From contig JAKSHZ010000004.1 of assembly GCA_024399115.1 (NCBI GenBank), positions 52 to 64,051 of the forward strand: a DNA stretch of 64,000 bases, written 5' to 3'. Shown here piece by piece: positions 59,633 through 64,000 of this stretch. A program made the translations under genes and the position numbers. The DNA is from Bacilli bacterium. GTDB lineage: Bacteria > Bacillota_I > Bacilli_A > RFN20 > CAG-826. Within the stretch, counting starts at the first letter, position 1. Each line of letters opens with the position of its first letter. The notes below the pieces were generated by a model that searched no databases, had not been told where the DNA came from, and saw nothing but the letters and a program-made list of their open reading frames with translations.

Positions 59633-60083
59633 AATTAATTCCTAACCTTATAACTTCGTATATTATCTTATCATTAAAACCACATCTTTTTAGATAATTA
59701 ATTAACTTTTCTCTTTCGATGTCGCTATATTTGTAATTTCTATACTTATTTATGCCTCTTAGGAAATGGAATTTGCACTTATCTACCTCTATATCCTTAT
59801 TAAATATATATGTATCCACTAATGCTCTTGAGTAACCCTTAGTAAGTAGATACTCTCTAACTCTTCTATATCCATATCTTTTCTCTTCCATAACAAAGAC
59901 ATCGATATCAAAGCTTTTCTTGTCATTAACTATCCCGTCTTTAGTTAGAGAAGAAATTATCCGTTCAACCTGAGTGGGAGACGATCCTTTCAACATCAAC
60001 TTTTCTTTAATTTTTTGAGTGGAATGCCTCCACCTACTTGCGAGTCGAATCGCATACTTAACATAATCTTTATATGATTTCAT
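59616..60083 (-). CDS. recX: recombination regulator RecX
   Basis: YAIRLASRWRHSTQKIKEKLMLKG matches the RecX repeat signature; 155 aa, overlaps the yhaM start. Confidence 0.7.
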   Translation of the reverse strand: MKSYKDYVKYAIRLASRWRHSTQKIKEKLMLKGSSPTQVERIISSLTKDGIVNDKKSFDIDVFVMEEKRYGYRRVREYLLTKGYSRALVDTYIFNKDIEVDKCKFHFLRGINKYRNYKYSDIEREKLINYLKRCGFNDKIIYEVIRLGINYENVM

Positions 60084-60196
60084 AAAAACCCTCCTACTTA
60101 TTTAAGGGGGCATTTTTTAGATTTTCTTACAAATTTCTACAAATTATTTCTAATATTTTTAAAATTACTTAAAATAAGTAAGTGGCGAGGCAAATT

Positions 60197-61027
60197 ATGA
60201 AGAAAAATATTTATCCTATTATAGAAATGGTTCTAGCAGCTATCTTAATTGCTGTTGGTTTAGTAACAATCATTAACATTGAATTAATTGTTGGTTTCTT
60301 ATTCTGGATAATCATTGGTTTCTTCGCATTCAAAGTTTTAATTGTTTTACTTAGACAATTATCAATAGACTCTTCAAAGATATATGTCCTTGCTCAAGCT
60401 ATACTAAGCTCAATCGCAATCACCGCAATTGTTATCTTCAAAGAAAATAAAGAATTACTCGCATACGTTATCATCTTTTCTGCCGGTATCGACTTTGTCA
60501 CAAATATCATCAAAGCTATCGGCTTTAGAAAGAAAGGCGATACAGAAGAATTCTTCGGCATGGATAATGTCGTCTGTATCCTCTTTGTTGTATTGAGTAT
60601 CGTTAATATCAATTCGCCTCATATCGCTACTGCAGTTTTATTTGGTTCATTAGTTTTATATGAGGGTGTTTCCCCAGCTGTTTCAAATAGGGTATTTAGA
60701 TCAATCGTCTCTAAAAGCAGCTTAGGAAAAGCTGTTAATAAAGTACATGGATTAGATATCTTATTTGGTTTAATTATTATCGTTACTTTATCTTCGTTCA
60801 TCATTCCTTATATCGAACCAGGAATCACAACTGTTGGTGATGCTTGGTGGTACTGTTTCGCACTTATCACCACGATCGGTTTTGGTGATTTTACCGCAGT
60901 AACAATAACAGGTAGAATTCTTTCTGTGATTATTGGTTTCTATGGAATCATCATTGTCTCGTTGTTAACTTCATCAATTGTTGTTTACATTACAGACGAA
61001 AGCGAAAAGAAAAACAAAAAGAAATAA
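60197..61027 (+). CDS. potassium-channel family protein (6-TM, pore loop TTIGFGD, putative S4-like helix)
   Basis: Selectivity filter TTIGFGD after a pore helix (WWYCFALI); Arg/Lys-spaced helix RVFRSIVSKSSLGKAVNK. Start at the ATG with GAGG 7 nt upstream. Confidence 0.6.
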   Translation: MKKNIYPIIEMVLAAILIAVGLVTIINIELIVGFLFWIIIGFFAFKVLIVLLRQLSIDSSKIYVLAQAILSSIAITAIVIFKENKELLAYVIIFSAGIDFVTNIIKAIGFRKKGDTEEFFGMDNVVCILFVVLSIVNINSPHIATAVLFGSLVLYEGVSPAVSNRVFRSIVSKSSLGKAVNKVHGLDILFGLIIIVTLSSFIIPYIEPGITTVGDAWWYCFALITTIGFGDFTAVTITGRILSVIIGFYGIIIVSLLTSSIVVYITDESEKKNKKK

Positions 61028-61082
61028 AATACGATTATATTATTAGTTTTACTAATATATAATGGTTTTAGAGGTATTTAAT

Positions 61083-61847
61083 ATGGATTTAGAACACTTT
61101 ACAGAGATAACTCCAACAAGAAGTTTTAATCTCCTTTACATTATCCTTGATTCAATATTTGTAATTTTCTTATTAGGGTTAATGCTTTGGAAAAAGAAGA
61201 GAGCTACAACCATCATTTCTTTATTTGGTGGAGTTCTTTATTTATTAGTAGACTACGGCTATTTCTATTTAATTTCACATACTAGAACAGTTTTCATTAA
61301 TGGTGAGGTCGCATCAAACATGATTACTTTCTTAGTATTAACATGGATGAGCTTAAGTTACGGTATTACTAATTTTGCTTTTATTTACTTATTATTAGGT
61401 AAAGATAGATACACAAAATACTACATTTTCCTAATTGTTATGTGGTGGATGATGTGTCCTTCTATCGCTTCAATGGGTGGGGAAGCATTTATTACTACAT
61501 CAAGAACTACCGGTGCATACCACGGCGGAATGGCAATTATATTAGTTACATCTTATATTGCTTTAACAATTTACTTGATGGCCCAAAAGAAAGACTTAGT
61601 CTCAATTATTAAATTAAATTTAATCGGCTTCTTTGTTCAATTCGGTTGGGAATTTGCATTATTAATTAATGGAATCAGGCCTATGAATGCTTATTCAATT
61701 CAAACATTAATTGTCAATTCTTGTTTGGAAACAAACTTAGGCATGCCACTGGCTTTCTTAATCTTCAGTGTATTCACAAAACACTATAACGATGATTTAA
61801 CAAAGAAAGTAAAAACCGATGAGCCAATAGCCGTCGAAGCAAAATAA
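61083..61847 (+). CDS. hypothetical polytopic membrane protein (about 254 aa)
   Basis: Six or more TM helices and no recognised motif. Start moved to the second ATG (AGAGG RBS) because TATATAAT overlaps the first ATG at 61062. Confidence 0.45.
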   Translation: MDLEHFTEITPTRSFNLLYIILDSIFVIFLLGLMLWKKKRATTIISLFGGVLYLLVDYGYFYLISHTRTVFINGEVASNMITFLVLTWMSLSYGITNFAFIYLLLGKDRYTKYYIFLIVMWWMMCPSIASMGGEAFITTSRTTGAYHGGMAIILVTSYIALTIYLMAQKKDLVSIIKLNLIGFFVQFGWEFALLINGIRPMNAYSIQTLIVNSCLETNLGMPLAFLIFSVFTKHYNDDLTKKVKTDEPIAVEAK

Positions 61848-61858
61848 TGAATTTAAGA

Positions 61859-61895
61859 ATAGGATTGAAACGAATCAATCCTATTTTTCTTTATC
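61859..61895 (+). terminator. Rho-independent terminator after the membrane-protein gene
   Basis: TAGGATTG aaacgaat CAATCCTA followed by TTTTTCTTT. The stop codon of the convergent minus-strand gene lies in the stem. Confidence 0.6.
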
Positions 61896-62792
61896 ATCAA
61901 ATTTCAAATACTCATCAACGTATATCTTGCAAAGTTCTTCACTAGTGAACTTAGTCTCATTATTTTCAATAAATAGATTACTCAGTCTTGTTGGAACCAC
62001 TATGTTACGGTTCTTACGAGCGACCTTTCGATTTTCTTTGGCAATTTTTCTCATCACTTCATCCAAAGGACAGTTCTTAAGTTCTTCACATTCAAGGTAA
62101 CTTTTTTGAACGTTTTTCTTGAAAGAACTATGAATTTTGTTGTGGGCTACACGAAGCCCTGTTGCAATGCCAAAAGCTACTGACAATAAAACTATCGCTG
62201 TTACAGGCCAAGGCATATAAACATTGAAACGGTAATGATCTCTCCATCCACCATTAGCTTCACCAATTATGAAAGCCATTACGATATAGACAACTGCATA
62301 AATTAATATAGGAATAAGTGCTACCCATGAGTATTTAAGCTTAACTTCATGATCGTGTTCTACAAAGATAAAAAGAATAATTGCTAAAAATGGGCAAACT
62401 AAATGCAAGAATATGTTTGAACCATCTATTAACATTTCTTTAAATCCTTCGACAGGAGAAAGAATAGTAACTGCGACCAAGAAAGTCATGCTGACAGCAG
62501 TTGTGCCGATATATAAAACATAGACAATCCATCTTGGTAAATGGAAACTATTGTTCATAATTCCATCAACTTGATAAGGAATACAAAGTAACGCACAAGC
62601 TGCGACAAGAACGTTAGAATCTACCGTGAACATACGGTAAGTAGCAATTCCTTCGTTGCCAGTTAATTCACTACTATCAAATAAGCGAATTGTTACTCCG
62701 ATAAAGATTAAAACGATGAGAACAACACTAAAAACGATTGCGCCGATAGCTCTCATTTTATTTTGTCGATTCAATTCTTTTACTGTTTTCAT
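61881..62792 (-). CDS. hypothetical membrane protein (6-7 TM N-terminal half, charged C-terminal cytoplasmic tail)
   Basis: 303-aa ORF with good coding character and no recognised motifs. Confidence 0.45.
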   Translation of the reverse strand: MKTVKELNRQNKMRAIGAIVFSVVLIVLIFIGVTIRLFDSSELTGNEGIATYRMFTVDSNVLVAACALLCIPYQVDGIMNNSFHLPRWIVYVLYIGTTAVSMTFLVAVTILSPVEGFKEMLIDGSNIFLHLVCPFLAIILFIFVEHDHEVKLKYSWVALIPILIYAVVYIVMAFIIGEANGGWRDHYRFNVYMPWPVTAIVLLSVAFGIATGLRVAHNKIHSSFKKNVQKSYLECEELKNCPLDEVMRKIAKENRKVARKNRNIVVPTRLSNLFIENNETKFTSEELCKIYVDEYLKFDDKEK

Positions 62793-62813
62793 ACTTTTTA
62801 ACCGCCTTGAAAA

Positions 62814-63068
62814 TTATCTGATGTATTCGCCATCAATTTCATAACAGATTGCGTCACTAAATTTTTCTTTTGCGAACTTAATTAATTCTTCTTTTGTTTT
62901 GATGTCTTTAGGAACTTCAACTTTGTAATCGCCACTATCTTTACCGATTTCGTTATAGCTCCATGGTTTGTTATCCATTATTCTATAGCCTGTGCAATAA
63001 ATATCGCTTTGGCCCATTTGAATTTCTCTAATCACGTATAAATATTCAGGAATTTTGTATTCTGCCAT
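62814..63068 (-). CDS. hypothetical protein (84 aa)
   Basis: ORF in operon context, 10 nt downstream of the 144-aa gene. Confidence 0.4.
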   Translation of the reverse strand: MAEYKIPEYLYVIREIQMGQSDIYCTGYRIMDNKPWSYNEIGKDSGDYKVEVPKDIKTKEELIKFAKEKFSDAICYEIDGEYIR

Positions 63069-63078
63069 AACAATTCTC

Positions 63079-63513
63079 CTATCCTAAGAAAGTTTCTACA
63101 GATTTATCGCTATTAACTTTGTTAATGAACTCTTCAATCTTATCGACTGGGTTATTAACTTTTAAAAGTTTTGTGTAGACACTTAAAACATTATCTTTAA
63201 CAGAGTAAGTAAATCCATTTTCGTTAAGTTCTAAAAGACTAAATTTTGAAGGTTTCTTAAATGAAGCTTTCATAGATAAGTCCTTATCATAAAAAGCCAT
63301 TACTTCTAAATCAAACTTTCTACATACATCTTTCAAGAGATATTTGAAACATTGATAGCCATCGCTATCGACACTTTTACAATATTCAAATGCGTATCCA
63401 CTTGATGTAGCAAATGAATCAATTGCAGCTTTAATTCTTAATTCTTCATCTGAATTAACAGCTAAAATTTGATCCATTATTCTTTTAACTAAAAGATCGT
63501 CTTCTTTGCTCAT
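63079..63513 (-). CDS. hypothetical protein (144 aa)
   Basis: ORF with an AAATGGAGG RBS; no recognised motifs. Confidence 0.45.
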   Translation of the reverse strand: MSKEDDLLVKRIMDQILAVNSDEELRIKAAIDSFATSSGYAFEYCKSVDSDGYQCFKYLLKDVCRKFDLEVMAFYDKDLSMKASFKKPSKFSLLELNENGFTYSVKDNVLSVYTKLLKVNNPVDKIEEFINKVNSDKSVETFLG

Positions 63514-63786
63514 ATAGAATTACCTCCATTTAATAGTAATATTATTAAGCATTTTATAAAAATATTTTATAGAAAAAGTCTCAAAAATAAAAAATGTGTA
63601 TAAACAACTACATTGAAACTAATAGGCTAGAAGCCATGGGTGTAACAACAAGTTTGATACACAGGTGGAAGCTAAAATTAAAAAAGCGTTAACAGATATC
63701 CAAATATTGACCCAACAAATATAGATTAGAACGCGAAATGGCAAAGAAATAACGCTTCTTATTTAGACTTCAGATTATTTTAAGGT

Positions 63787-64000
63787 CTATTCTATAAATT
63801 TTTTTCCTAATGAATACGCTTCTTGCATTGCTTCTATATTCTTTAAAGCACCATTAGCGTCATTAATACCCACTCCATAAATTGCTTTTTTAAAACTACA
63901 ACCATCAAAGCATTCAATCCAGCCACCTAAGCCATTGATAGCCCTATCTAATGCTTCTTTATTTTCATCAGCACATGTCGCAATTAAATATATCTCTCTG
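63787..64000 (-). CDS. C-terminal fragment of an unidentified protein (the gene continues beyond the window end)
   Basis: Open frame from the window edge down to a TAG at 63787..63789 (...AINGLGGWIECFDGCSFKKAIYGVGINDANGALKNIEAMQEAYSLGKKFIE*). Not in the ORF track because it is truncated. Confidence 0.4.
   Translation of the reverse strand, partial: REIYLIATCADENKEALDRAINGLGGWIECFDGCSFKKAIYGVGINDANGALKNIEAMQEAYSLGKKFIE

Noticed and set aside
63600-63660. 18-codon ORF (MGVTTSLIHRWKLKLKKR) in the 270-bp intergenic gap
   Set aside because: No RBS, very short and basic-rich. More likely part of a promoter or UTR.

Overview
This is a gene-dense (roughly 90% coding), AT-rich (about 30% GC) chromosomal window from a low-GC Firmicutes/Tenericutes-type bacterium. 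It uses the standard genetic code: TGA terminates whiA and one of the ABC transporter genes, and the long ORFs contain no internal TGA. The window starts inside a minus-strand 16S rRNA gene, whose own promoter lies at about 1464..1493. Most genes are on the minus strand in long operons, and the order matches Bacillus subtilis synteny in a reduced form. The runs are gap-pgk-tpiA; trxB-rapZ(C-domain)-whiA; uvrA-lgt-ppaX-like; pgsA-cinA-recA-rny-ymdB...miaB-ymcA-miaA; gpsB-rnpB; recU, nth-dnaD, cca-like; hup-der-cmk; mnmG-rsmG-parA; and sufCDSUB. Other housekeeping genes present are PFOR (nifJ), argS, ispF, ychF, fhs, rpoE (delta) and fer. RNA genes are a partial 16S rRNA, a type-B RNase P RNA and tRNA-Gln(CUG). 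I found no IS elements, prophage genes or CRISPR arrays. I also found no compact novel system such as a defence island, toxin-antitoxin pair or CRISPR-associated locus. The findings of interest concern reduced or rearranged core genes:
- rapZ is truncated to its C-terminal domain, and a solitary P-loop kinase lies at a separate locus.
- The CCA-type nucleotidyltransferase is minimal (head/neck only).
- parA is an orphan, fused into an operon with an ECF S-component.
- A 3'-5' exonuclease next to recU appears to be expressed from a leaderless transcript.
- Two MacB/FtsX-like fused ABC transporters sit in tandem, preceded by an intrinsic terminator whose stem carries the Shine-Dalgarno sequence and a TTG start.
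- Two tandem lipoproteins are present, the first carrying a split parvulin domain.
- Several small uncharacterised genes lie at the right end.
All functional calls rest on motif recognition by eye and on synteny recalled from memory. Nothing here was searched against a database.
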